Notes: generated by a model not told the origin, from the letters alone. Positions 29,804 to 38,076 are shown, counted from the stretch's first letter. The stretch is 64,000 bases of DNA from Limnochordia bacterium (GCA_050951545.1 JBMNJG010000011.1:32001-96000), one strand, 5' to 3'. Numbers and translations: made by a program.

Positions 29804-30697
29804 GTGCGTCTTGAGGACCAGCCGCGACGTGAGGAAACATGGACACTCACGAATGGGTGTGGGCTCTGCGCACAGATCAGAGCGCCGCCGCGGTGCTTTG
29901 AAGTCCCTCTCTATGGATCACAGATGTTGCCGCACGGTGTATGCCTTCCTTGCTTCCCGGCGATGAATCGCTTTTTTGCAGCAGCGGCCCCCAGAAACCT
30001 CCGCAGTTTTGTTGTAGCAGCAATGGTACTAGCCGCAGCCCTCCTTCCCCTCTCACCAGTGCAGGCCTTGGCTTCGCCGGTTGCCTCTGATAGTCGTTCG
30101 CCTTATGCGAATCTCGGTGTGGACGAGCTCTCCCAGTATCTCAGGCATCAGAAGAAGCGGATGCAGGCGGATGTTGGCCTAGAGGAATCCGTTGTGAAGG
30201 GTACCTCCTCAGATAATGCTGGGCAGGTTCACATCCTAAGTGCGCCGTTGCCGTGGGGAGCGTCGGCATCAGTCAGTGCCCGTCTTGAGCCAGTCGATTT
30301 GGACAGGCTGCGGGCGATTACGGCCAATGCACCGGAGCGGGCCCGAGAACAGGAGACTCGGGTCGGCGTTGATGGAGCTGTGCGTCTGGGCGACGTGGGT
30401 GCCTTGCGCATTGGCTATGAAGTGACACAATGGCAGGATAAGGGGGCAGCCAAGGTAGCGACGGTGGCGGATGCAGGTCTGGAATACAGTCTTACTGAGC
30501 GGGCGCTGCTTGCTGCGGGCTATAATCTGGACCGAGATCACACCGGTACGACGGCTACAACGAATGTTGATGTTGGCTATGCTATCACTAAGGGTGCTAC
30601 GTTTCGTGCGGGCTACCAGCTGGTCAGCTTCAGTGATGCTGGCAGCCGCGAGTACAAGGCGAATGTGGCTCGGGCGAACCTTACGCTGCGCTTCTAG
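29804..30697 (+). CDS. Hypothetical exported protein with small beta-barrel-like C-terminus
   Basis: Signal-like hydrophobic stretch, alternating amphipathic strands (GLEYSL, VDVGYAI, FRAGYQL), terminal Phe (ANLTLRF); real start probably near 29963 or later. Confidence 0.6.
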   Translation: MRLEDQPRREETWTLTNGCGLCAQIRAPPRCFEVPLYGSQMLPHGVCLPCFPAMNRFFAAAAPRNLRSFVVAAMVLAAALLPLSPVQALASPVASDSRSPYANLGVDELSQYLRHQKKRMQADVGLEESVVKGTSSDNAGQVHILSAPLPWGASASVSARLEPVDLDRLRAITANAPERAREQETRVGVDGAVRLGDVGALRIGYEVTQWQDKGAAKVATVADAGLEYSLTERALLAAGYNLDRDHTGTTATTNVDVGYAITKGATFRAGYQLVSFSDAGSREYKANVARANLTLRF

Positions 30698-30712
30698 CCC
30701 GGAGGTTGCCAC

Positions 30713-30742
30713 TTGACATAGCAGGGGTTTGTGTGACATAAT
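30713..30742 (+). promoter_or_regulatory. Sigma-A promoter of rnpB
   Basis: TTGACA-18-CATAAT with extended TGn. Confidence 0.7.
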
Positions 30743-30785
30743 GCCGATGCGCACCGATGGTGCGTCTGTATTGTGTCTTCATTCT

Positions 30786-31120
30786 TGAAAGTACGATGGA
30801 TGGTCGCTGGTATGTCCCTTGCGACGTACTAGAGGAAAGTCCGGACTCGGCTGTTTCGCGCAAGCGAGCAGAAAGTTGGTGCCCGGCGCAAGCCGGGGCG
30901 GAGCGATCCGACGGAGGCGAACAGAGACCCTTTGGGCTCTTATTAGCTATAAAAGGACCATAGAGACGAGCTTGTCCGGCAACGGACAAGGTGGAACGCG
31001 GTAACCCCCTCCACCGAGCAACCCAAATTATGGTAGGGGCAGCCCCAATGGGGCCAGCAGGTTCGCCTGCTGAGAGAGATGACCATCCTCGACAGAATCC
31101 GGCTTACAGTCGTGCTTTCA
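30786..31120 (+). ncRNA. rnpB: RNase P RNA
   Basis: GAGGAAAGTCCGG ... ACAGAATCCGGCTTAC (P4), P1 TGAAAGTACGA/TCGTGCTTTCA, GGAACGCGGTAA, GAGCAACCCAAAT. Confidence 0.93.
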
Positions 31121-31258
31121 GGGCTTTGATTGGGCGCAAAGGCTGCTTGTAGGCCCGTGTGGCTCCAATGGGAGGTGCGCGGGCTTCTGCGTTTTAACAG
31201 GCCAGCAATTGGGGCTTGAGGAGGAAAGGGTAGATGTGGTAAGCTAGCGATGCGTAAT

Positions 31259-31334
31259 GAGCCCGTAGCTCAGGTGGCAGAGCACCGGACTTTTAATCCG
31301 GGTGTCCAGGGTTCGAGTCCCTGCGGGCTCACCA
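31259..31334 (+). tRNA. tRNA-Lys(TTT)
   Basis: 76-nt cloverleaf: GAGCCCG/CGGGCTC acceptor, CCGGA-CTTTTAA-TCCGG anticodon arm, GTTCGA, encoded CCA. Confidence 0.97.
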
Positions 31335-31701
31335 AGAAAAAACACCTCCACGAAGCGGTTTTCGGGAGGTGTTTCTTGTTTGTTGGGGGTGATCCAAACG
31401 GCGTTTTACGACCAAAGTACGACCAATAGAATCTAGCGAGCGCCTTTCTCCTTGCTGAAAAGCTCATCGAGTTTGGCGGCGGCATCCCTCTGCAGTGTGG
31501 GCATGACGTGGCTGTAGGTGTCCAGGGTGAGGTTAATGCTAGAGTGGCCCAGACGTTCCTGCACGATCTTGGGGTGAACCCCCTTGGCGAGAAGCAACGT
31601 GGCAGCGGTGTGGCGCAGATCATGAAAGCGAATGTCGGGAAGCCCGGCTTCTTTCAGCAGAGGTTTGAACGAACGACGCACTAGATTCTGCTTGCGGATA
31701 G
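31289..31701 (+). repeat. 413-bp direct repeat, copy 1 (copy 2 at 37638-38050)
   Basis: Same sequence from ACTTTTAATCC to GCGGATAG; one mismatch seen (CTTGCTGAAA vs CTTGCCGAAA). Confidence 0.92.
31337..31383. terminator. Intrinsic terminator between tRNA and integrase
   Basis: AAACACCTCC...GGAGGTGTTT hairpin flanked by A and T runs. Confidence 0.75.
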
Positions 31702-32572
31702 GGCCACCTTCGGTGTCGCAGAAAACCCATGGCGAAGCTGTGAGTCCTTCTGCTAGCATGTGTTTCCTGTGTTCACGTAGGGCTTGCACGGCTAGCTCTG
31801 GCAGAGTGATAGACCTTCGTCCTGCGGCGCTCTTGGGTTCGCCCACAACCAGAGCGCTACCCACGTTCTTCAGTGTTCGCTGCACTGATAGCGTAGCCTG
31901 TGCAAGATCAATGTCGGACCACTGTAGGCCAAGCAGTTCCCCTTGGCGCATCCCTGTTGTCGCTGCCAACACGTAGAGGGCATAGAGGCGATCCTGTTCT
32001 GCTACCTGCCAGAACTGCTCCACCTGCTCAGGTGTAAGAAACTGCATCTGCTTCTTTGGCACCTTTGGACGATCCACGGCGGCAGCTACGTTCTGCGGTA
32101 CCATATCCCACCTGTGGGCTTGCCTAAGAGCACGATGCAAGACAGCATGAATGAACTGGACACTTCGTGGCGACAGCCCCTCTTCGAGCTTGCGTGAGTA
32201 GAGCTGTTGCAGGTGAAGAGGCGCGAGCTTGTTAAGGCGCAGGTGGCCAATCTCAGGGTTTATGTGCAGGCGAACGAGCTGTTCGTACCTCTCGTAGGTG
32301 GTATCCTCTATGGTTGGCCTGGCAGTATCCTCCAACCATCTTGTCATGTACGTGGCCACGGTGAGCTTCTCCATGTCTGGCGGTAGGCCAGTGCTTGGGT
32401 CCTGCTTCAGCTTTTCGAGCTTCTCCTGCACTTCGGCCTTCGTCTTGCCGTAGACGGTCTTGCGTATGCGCTTGCCTTGGGCATCGTAACCAAGCGAGAG
32501 CTTACCCTCCCATCGACCGTCATCCCTCTGAGAGATCGACCCTTCTCCCCTTCCTCTGCGAGCGCGGGCCAT
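31433..32572 (-). CDS. int: Tyrosine integrase
   Basis: RGRGEGSI arm-binding N-terminus, TGMRQGE (R), PKS (K), FHDLRH, ERLGHS, TLDTYSH (Y). Confidence 0.96.
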   Translation of the reverse strand: MARARRGRGEGSISQRDDGRWEGKLSLGYDAQGKRIRKTVYGKTKAEVQEKLEKLKQDPSTGLPPDMEKLTVATYMTRWLEDTARPTIEDTTYERYEQLVRLHINPEIGHLRLNKLAPLHLQQLYSRKLEEGLSPRSVQFIHAVLHRALRQAHRWDMVPQNVAAAVDRPKVPKKQMQFLTPEQVEQFWQVAEQDRLYALYVLAATTGMRQGELLGLQWSDIDLAQATLSVQRTLKNVGSALVVGEPKSAAGRRSITLPELAVQALREHRKHMLAEGLTASPWVFCDTEGGPIRKQNLVRRSFKPLLKEAGLPDIRFHDLRHTAATLLLAKGVHPKIVQERLGHSSINLTLDTYSHVMPTLQRDAAAKLDELFSKEKGAR

Positions 32573-32608
32573 GGCTCATCTCCCCTTCCTGTCAGTCGCG
32601 TTTGCAAC

Positions 32609-33475
32609 CTACTTCGTTGCTTTCGTGCTAGCCCTACGGCGGTGCTTGGCAACCTGCACCTTGTTGTTACAGGCGCGATTACAGTACTTCGCGCGCTTGT
32701 TTGCGGGGACAAAGACTCTACCACAACCAGGGCACTTGCGGATGCGATGCGGCGCTACCATATCTAGGACGGTGCGAAACCTTATCCAATCGAGCAGCGA
32801 GCGGCACTGCCCACCCAATTCCCACTTACTAGCGTCCTTGTCATACACTGGGGCAAGCTGGCATCCGTGTAGGGTGAATAGGCGGCATACTTCCGGTGCC
32901 TCCCAGGTGTTGCCTTCCTCTGCCGCGCGAACGGCCCGGTCCACGTCACGCTGATAGGCTCCCGCCGCGGCACAGAAGGTTTCAAGCGGTTCGCAAAACG
33001 TGTGCAGGTACTTGCCTGAGGGGTTCACTCCCTCAGGGGAGGGTCTGTAACGTTCGCTTAGATACCATCCGGAGCAAGGCCGGTCTTCGAATCCCTTGGG
33101 TGGCTTTTTTTCCTCAGCAAGGAATGGCTCCAGATTGCGGTACTCAGGAACCTCCCAGAGTCCAAGCAACCCCCACTTGTTGACGAACTCTAATATGGCG
33201 TCCCTACTAGAAAGATCAAGCCGCGCCAAGTGCATGTGTGGAGTGCTTTGGTAGGCGCTGTCCTCGTCGCGGTATGCCCCTTGAATTGCTGGAAGTTCCC
33301 CTTCGTGAAGAGGGTCATACCATTCCAGTTCGGATTCCTCCAGCGCCGTGATGACAGGCACGGTGGGTTCATGTGATTCGGGTGGCTGCGGTTCCTCAAC
33401 AATCTCATACTGCAAACGCCACCAACTATCCCTCCTTTGGAAAGCATCTCTCCCCTGTTCCTCGGCTTCGAACAT
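32609..33475 (-). CDS. CGNR zinc-finger protein, putative element regulator
   Basis: C-terminal IRKCPGCGRVF...KYCNRACNNKVQVAKHRRR; ATG 33475 after GGGGTGA RBS. Confidence 0.8.
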   Translation of the reverse strand: MFEAEEQGRDAFQRRDSWWRLQYEIVEEPQPPESHEPTVPVITALEESELEWYDPLHEGELPAIQGAYRDEDSAYQSTPHMHLARLDLSSRDAILEFVNKWGLLGLWEVPEYRNLEPFLAEEKKPPKGFEDRPCSGWYLSERYRPSPEGVNPSGKYLHTFCEPLETFCAAAGAYQRDVDRAVRAAEEGNTWEAPEVCRLFTLHGCQLAPVYDKDASKWELGGQCRSLLDWIRFRTVLDMVAPHRIRKCPGCGRVFVPANKRAKYCNRACNNKVQVAKHRRRASTKATK

Positions 33476-33528
33476 CCCTATCACCCCTGCCATGCAGTGT
33501 CGCCGCATTCGGCGCGATGTAAGCTGTG

Positions 33529-33590
33529 TGTAATCTTTACAGGTTACATCCCCTGTCCTATAGTGTAGGCGAGACGTGGCTATTATGCAA
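33529..33590. promoter_or_regulatory. Overlapping divergent promoters with operator palindrome
   Basis: + TTTACA-17-TATAGT (33536-33564); - TTGCAT-17-TACACT (33590-33562); TGTAATCT-ttac-AGGTTACA at 33529-33548. Confidence 0.65.
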
Positions 33591-33619
33591 GCGCACGAAC
33601 AAGGAAAGGGGTTAAGCCA

Positions 33620-33877
33620 ATGAGTGACGCGAAGCAGCGAGACGGACTAACGACAGTGAGAAAAGCGGCTGACTACCTGGGGCTATCGAGGGCGGCGGTG
33701 TATCGCTTAATGGACCGCGGTGACTTGCCATATGCCAAGTTGGGATATGCCAGGCGAGTGCGATGGGCAGATGTGGAGGCCTACGTAGAGGCAAGCATGG
33801 TGCGGCGTCGATGGGTAGCTGGCATGTTGAGCAACGACAACAACGACAAGCGCCACCGTGGCAAGCGGTGGCGCTAG
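33620..33877 (+). CDS. Excisionase-like HTH protein (HTH_17)
   Basis: LTTVRKAADYLGLSRAAVYRLMDRGDLPYAKLG..RRV. Confidence 0.88.
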   Translation: MSDAKQRDGLTTVRKAADYLGLSRAAVYRLMDRGDLPYAKLGYARRVRWADVEAYVEASMVRRRWVAGMLSNDNNDKRHRGKRWR

Positions 33878-33888
33878 GAGGTGCCTTC

Positions 33889-34494
33889 ATGGAGACACGA
33901 CACACTACTAGTTTACCACAGACGAAAGCCAATGTGCACCTGTTCGCTGCCATGCTGCAGAACGGCGCACCTGAACCCGTAGCTGAACGCGTAGTCATGG
34001 ACCTGTTGCGCCAAGAGACCGGTGCCAGCGAGACGGCCCGGAAGGACGGTAAGCAGCGCCTTATCCATGTGGCTGAATGCCTGGCCCGGTATTTCGTACC
34101 GCGGCCTATTATTCGCGAGATTCTGACTGAGCTAGAGCAGCAGCATGGCCTTCTTCTAGGCGATAAGGAGCTGCAGAAGCTTATCACGGCGGCGATCACG
34201 GCGACAGGTGAACCCGACGAACCAAGACGGCAACCGGTTCCCCTGGCGCTGGAGCTGAATGCCCCTCCTGACGGTTGGAGGCGGCATGTCATTCTAGGAG
34301 CTACGGGCGATGACCGTCACAAGACGATTCGTTCTCTGGCAGGAAGCCTGTTGGCCCGGGGTGTCGATCCATACGTTACCGCGGCATTGGTGACTGCTTG
34401 GGCATGGATGCGATGTGAGCCACCTGTTCCTGCTAACGAGGTGCTTGGCATCGTCAATTGGGTCGCCAAGCGCCATGCAGAGGGGGTGGCGTGA
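33889..34494 (+). CDS. Stand-alone primase C-terminal (PriCT-1-like) domain protein
   Basis: RHKTIRSLAGSLLARG...CEPPVPANEVLGIVNWV; ATG after GGAGG. Confidence 0.7.
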   Translation: METRHTTSLPQTKANVHLFAAMLQNGAPEPVAERVVMDLLRQETGASETARKDGKQRLIHVAECLARYFVPRPIIREILTELEQQHGLLLGDKELQKLITAAITATGEPDEPRRQPVPLALELNAPPDGWRRHVILGATGDDRHKTIRSLAGSLLARGVDPYVTAALVTAWAWMRCEPPVPANEVLGIVNWVAKRHAEGVA

Positions 34495-36242
34495 TGCAAG
34501 AGCTGGACGGACTGGATGCATTGGCCAAAGCGAAGGAGCAGCAAGACGACGAATCCGCGAAGGGCAAGCCTACTCAAAGGGAACTGCTGATTGAGATTGC
34601 CAAGACAGCGGAGCTATGGCACACGCAGGACTTCGAGCCTTGGGCGACTGTAACTTGTGATGAGCATCGGGAACATTGGCCCGTGATGTCTAGCGGCTTT
34701 AGGCGATGGCTAGAGGCGACCTACTACGCACAGCACGAGAGCGGCCCATCGAGCCAGGCAATGACCGATGCACGAAACACCATTGCCGCGATGGCTTGCT
34801 ACAGCGGCCAGCAGCACGAGGTGTTTATGCGTGTAGGTGAGGTGCAGGGGCGCATCTATATCGATCTAGCCAACGATGCTTGGGAGGCGGTGGAGGTTAC
34901 GGCCACAGGCTGGCGGGTGGTGTCGAATCCTCCTGTGCGCTTTCGGCGGGGGCGTGGCGTGGCTCCTCTCCCCCGTCCTGTGGCGGGTGGCAGCATTGAA
35001 GAGCTTTGGCCTTTCGTCAACGTACCAGATGATGAACAACGGGTAATGGTTGTATCTTGGTTGGTAGCGGCCCTGCGGCCTACAGGTCCCTATCCTGTGT
35101 TGATTTTGCAGGGCGAACAGGGTTCGGCGAAAAGCACAACAGCGCGCGTCCTACGTTCGTTGGTAGACCCGTCAAGCGTATCGCTAAGGACGGCACCGCG
35201 GAACGAACAAGATTTGGCCATACATGCTAACAACGCATGGGTAGTGAGTCTTGACAACCTTTCAGGTGTTCCTGTGTGGCTGTCGGATGCGATTTGCCGC
35301 GTGGCAACGGGCGGCGGTTTCGCTACTCGGGAGTTGTACACAGATGGCGAAGAGGCCCTGTTCGACTACCAGCGGCCCGTGATTCTTAACGGCATCGACG
35401 ACGTTGCTACCCGCCATGACTTAGCAGACCGTTCGCTGAATCTGGTTCTACCACCCATCCCCGATGCTGAAAGAAAAACCGAGGCAACCTTCTGGCGAGA
35501 TTGGGAGCTTGTTCGCCCGCGGGTATTTGGTGCGTTGCTTGATGGCGTATCGACTGCGCTTCGGCGGGTGGATTCTGTCCACCTGCCGCGCAAGCCGCGC
35601 ATGGCTGACTTTGCGGTGTGGGCAACGGCAGCAGAGGAGGCTTTCGGGTGGCCCGAGGGCACAGCGCTTAAGGCGTATGCCGAGAACCGCGCCGAAGCGG
35701 TAGAGCTAGGGATCGAGAGTGACGCAGTAGCCTTCACTGTGTGCGAGCTGTTGAAGCACAAACCGGACGGCTTCGAGGGCACCATGACCGAGCTGTTGGA
35801 TGAGTTGGAAGACCACGCGAGCGAGAAGATGCGAAACGCCAAAACGTGGCCCGGTTCGGCCCGGAGTCTGTCTAACCGGTTGCGGCGGAGTTCTACGGCT
35901 TTGCGACAGGTTGGCATTAATGTTGACCTGGACAGGCGCGCCGGCGACAAAAAGGGGACCCGACTTGTGAGGATAGATAGTACCCACAAAGTAGCGTCAG
36001 ACACGTCAGATGCGTCAGATGTGGCCCCTAAAGGCGATAACAACGGGGTTTCTGCGTCTGACGCAACGTCTGACGCAAACCCATCATCGAACATACTTGC
36101 GTCAGATACATCGTCAGACAGGAAAAGCCCTTCGTTGCGCGGTTTACAAGGTATGTCTGACGCAACTGACACATCTGACGCAAGAAAACACACACTATCT
36201 GCCGCGGAGGGGAATAAGGCTTCGGAGGTGTTCGAGCTATGA
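34494..36242 (+). CDS. Phage/plasmid-type replicative P-loop ATPase/helicase
   Basis: YPVLILQGEQGSAKST Walker A, LDN, TGG...RELYTD, NGID, DLADR, RMADF, C-terminal winged-helix-like region. Confidence 0.8.
   Translation: MQELDGLDALAKAKEQQDDESAKGKPTQRELLIEIAKTAELWHTQDFEPWATVTCDEHREHWPVMSSGFRRWLEATYYAQHESGPSSQAMTDARNTIAAMACYSGQQHEVFMRVGEVQGRIYIDLANDAWEAVEVTATGWRVVSNPPVRFRRGRGVAPLPRPVAGGSIEELWPFVNVPDDEQRVMVVSWLVAALRPTGPYPVLILQGEQGSAKSTTARVLRSLVDPSSVSLRTAPRNEQDLAIHANNAWVVSLDNLSGVPVWLSDAICRVATGGGFATRELYTDGEEALFDYQRPVILNGIDDVATRHDLADRSLNLVLPPIPDAERKTEATFWRDWELVRPRVFGALLDGVSTALRRVDSVHLPRKPRMADFAVWATAAEEAFGWPEGTALKAYAENRAEAVELGIESDAVAFTVCELLKHKPDGFEGTMTELLDELEDHASEKMRNAKTWPGSARSLSNRLRRSSTALRQVGINVDLDRRAGDKKGTRLVRIDSTHKVASDTSDASDVAPKGDNNGVSASDATSDANPSSNILASDTSSDRKSPSLRGLQGMSDATDTSDARKHTLSAAEGNKASEVFEL
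35995..36180. repeat. Iteron-like heptamer array (CGTCAGA/TCTGACG), putative ori
   Basis: Forward copies at 35995, 36004, 36013, 36100, 36112; reverse copies at 36057, 36069, 36156, 36174 plus a variant at about 36165. Confidence 0.8.
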
Positions 36243-36673
36243 CACCCATGCAGTTGCTGATGGAGTGTAGACGGCGTGGCATCGAGCTATCGGTAAACGG
36301 CGACAAGCTCCGCGTGGTAGCTAAGAAGGGCACCATGACCGACGAGCTGCGGGCGGCCTTGCAGCAGCACAAGGCTGCGCTTATGGAGCTGTTGCGTGGG
36401 CCAACAGACGAAGACATAGCTGAGGCCATGCAGCAGCTAACCGCTAGAGGTTGGGCACTGATGGATTCGGCTGCACTAGGTGAGCAGGTGGCGCTATGCA
36501 AGGACGTGGCGACCGCCAGACAACACCTAGCCAGTGGCACGGTAGCCTTCACGTTGGAGGAAGCCCTGTCAGCCATTGATGCGAACCTGTCAGTAATCGA
36601 GCTGCACGCCGTCGTCAAGGCAAAGCTGCTGCTAAACGGGACAATGACAGGCACTAGGGAGGTGCAATCATGA
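36239..36673 (+). CDS. TubC-N-terminal-docking-like domain protein
   Basis: LLMECRRRGIELSVNGDKLRVVAKKGTMTDELRAALQQHKAALMELL; ATGA-coupled to helicase. Confidence 0.7.
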   Translation: MTPMQLLMECRRRGIELSVNGDKLRVVAKKGTMTDELRAALQQHKAALMELLRGPTDEDIAEAMQQLTARGWALMDSAALGEQVALCKDVATARQHLASGTVAFTLEEALSAIDANLSVIELHAVVKAKLLLNGTMTGTREVQS

Positions 36674-36852
36674 GGGAGAGGCGCTACGAAGTCCGAGATA
36701 GTTTCGGCAGGTGTCCGGAGTGCGATAGGGCTTCATTCCGACGGCGGGAACGTTACGACAAGCTACGGGACAAGCTGCGGATCGAGCAGCGGTGTCTAGA
36801 CTGTGGCCATAGGCGCTTCAGCGTCAAGGAGGGGGTGCCAGCATGGCTGTAA
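36670..36852 (+). CDS. Small zinc-ribbon protein
   Basis: CPEC...CLDC, GGAGG RBS, ATGA overlap with upstream gene. Confidence 0.65.
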   Translation: MRERRYEVRDSFGRCPECDRASFRRRERYDKLRDKLRIEQRCLDCGHRRFSVKEGVPAWL

Positions 36853-37120
36853 CCTATGCGTGTCCAACATGCAGGCGTTCGTTGACCGTGTACGTTGGCA
36901 AGAGGAAACCTGTCTGCACTCGTTGCTGCAAACCCATGGAACGCAAACCGAAGCGAAAGGCAAAGACGGCGTAGTTGCCAGCCAGCCTCGCGCGCGCGCG
37001 TACTGGTCTGCAAACCCCGCGTGTGGCGTTGTGCAAACCAGCCTCGCGCGCGCGTAGGTGTGCCATTCGCGGCACCTAAAACCCCTCTTGATAAAATTAT
37101 ACAAATCGGCCTGCACACTT

Positions 37121-37149
37121 TAGACTGATATTTTCTGGCCAGCTATAAT
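37121..37149 (+). promoter_or_regulatory. Sigma-A promoter with AT-rich upstream element
   Basis: TAGACT-17-TATAAT preceded by TTGATAAAATTATACAAAT. Confidence 0.6.
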
Positions 37150-37637
37150 GCATGACGGCTGCATGTGTAAGAAGGGGGGGTGGGGGGGCGGGGGTACCCT
37201 CCTGCTTGCCCGTGTCACGTTGCGTGCCACAACGGGCGAAACCGCGACACCATACGTGCCAAGACTGGCGAAGGCATCCCTGCTGCAGGCGTATCATCAC
37301 ACCAGCGGCACGAGGAGGGCCCTATAAGCGACGCAAACCCTGTACGGGTGTATTTGTACCCGCCACCTGTCTGCGCGGCTAAACAGGGCCTTAAAACGCC
37401 TCGCCAAACACTCCCGCCTTCCTTGGGTTGATTTACGACCAATAGCTTTCGGGAACACCAAACCAAGCGCTTCACGATGGGCATTAGCAGGTGTGGTCTT
37501 CTACGACCAAAGTACGACCAATGGGCAAGAAACGGGCATGAAAGCACGGACGCAGAGAGAATCCAGAAATGGCCTTAAGCGCAGGTAGAGTACGGTATGG
37601 AACGTGTATAGACGTTGTGGGAAAGCAATCCAACCGA

Positions 37638-38050
37638 ACTTTTAATCCGGGTGTCCAGGGTTCGAGTCCCTGCGGGCTCACCAAGAAAAAACACCTCCAC
37701 GAAGCGGTTTTCGGGAGGTGTTTCTTGTTTGTTGGGGGTGATCCAAACGGCGTTTTACGACCAAAGTACGACCAATAGAATCTAGCGAGCGCCTTTCTCC
37801 TTGCCGAAAAGCTCATCGAGTTTGGCGGCGGCATCCCTCTGCAGTGTGGGCATGACGTGGCTGTAGGTGTCCAGGGTGAGGTTAATGCTAGAGTGGCCCA
37901 GACGTTCCTGCACGATCTTGGGGTGAACCCCCTTGGCGAGAAGCAACGTGGCAGCGGTGTGGCGCAGATCATGAAAGCGAATGTCGGGAAGCCCGGCTTC
38001 TTTCAGCAGAGGTTTGAACGAACGACGCACTAGATTCTGCTTGCGGATAG
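37638..38050 (+). repeat. 413-bp direct repeat, copy 2: tRNA-Lys 3' half, terminator and integrase 3' end
   Basis: Matches 31289-31701. Confidence 0.92.
37782..38050 (-). pseudogene. Integrase C-terminal fragment truncated by IS3
   Basis: FHDLRH...TYSH tail nearly identical to int 31433-31701; homology ends at the IS end. Confidence 0.9.
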
Positions 38051-38076
38051 CGCGCTAACCCCCTATAATTGGACAC

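Larger units (their letters stand above)
31289..37637. mobile_element. Integrated 6349-bp phage-satellite-like element (attL in tRNA-Lys, attR from 37638)
   Basis: tRNA 3' half repeated at offset 6349; integrase, xis, PriCT protein, helicase; no structural genes. Confidence 0.88.

Noticed and set aside
31270-31623. 117-aa ORF and its twin at 37484-37972
   Set aside because: Off-frame to the integrase and antisense to the tRNA; duplicated only because of the repeat
35995-36180. Possible CRISPR array
   Set aside because: Repeats are 7 bp, in both orientations, with no regular spacers; no cas genes in the window
37638-37683. Second tRNA-Lys gene
   Set aside because: Only the 3' half is present; no 5' acceptor strand or D arm
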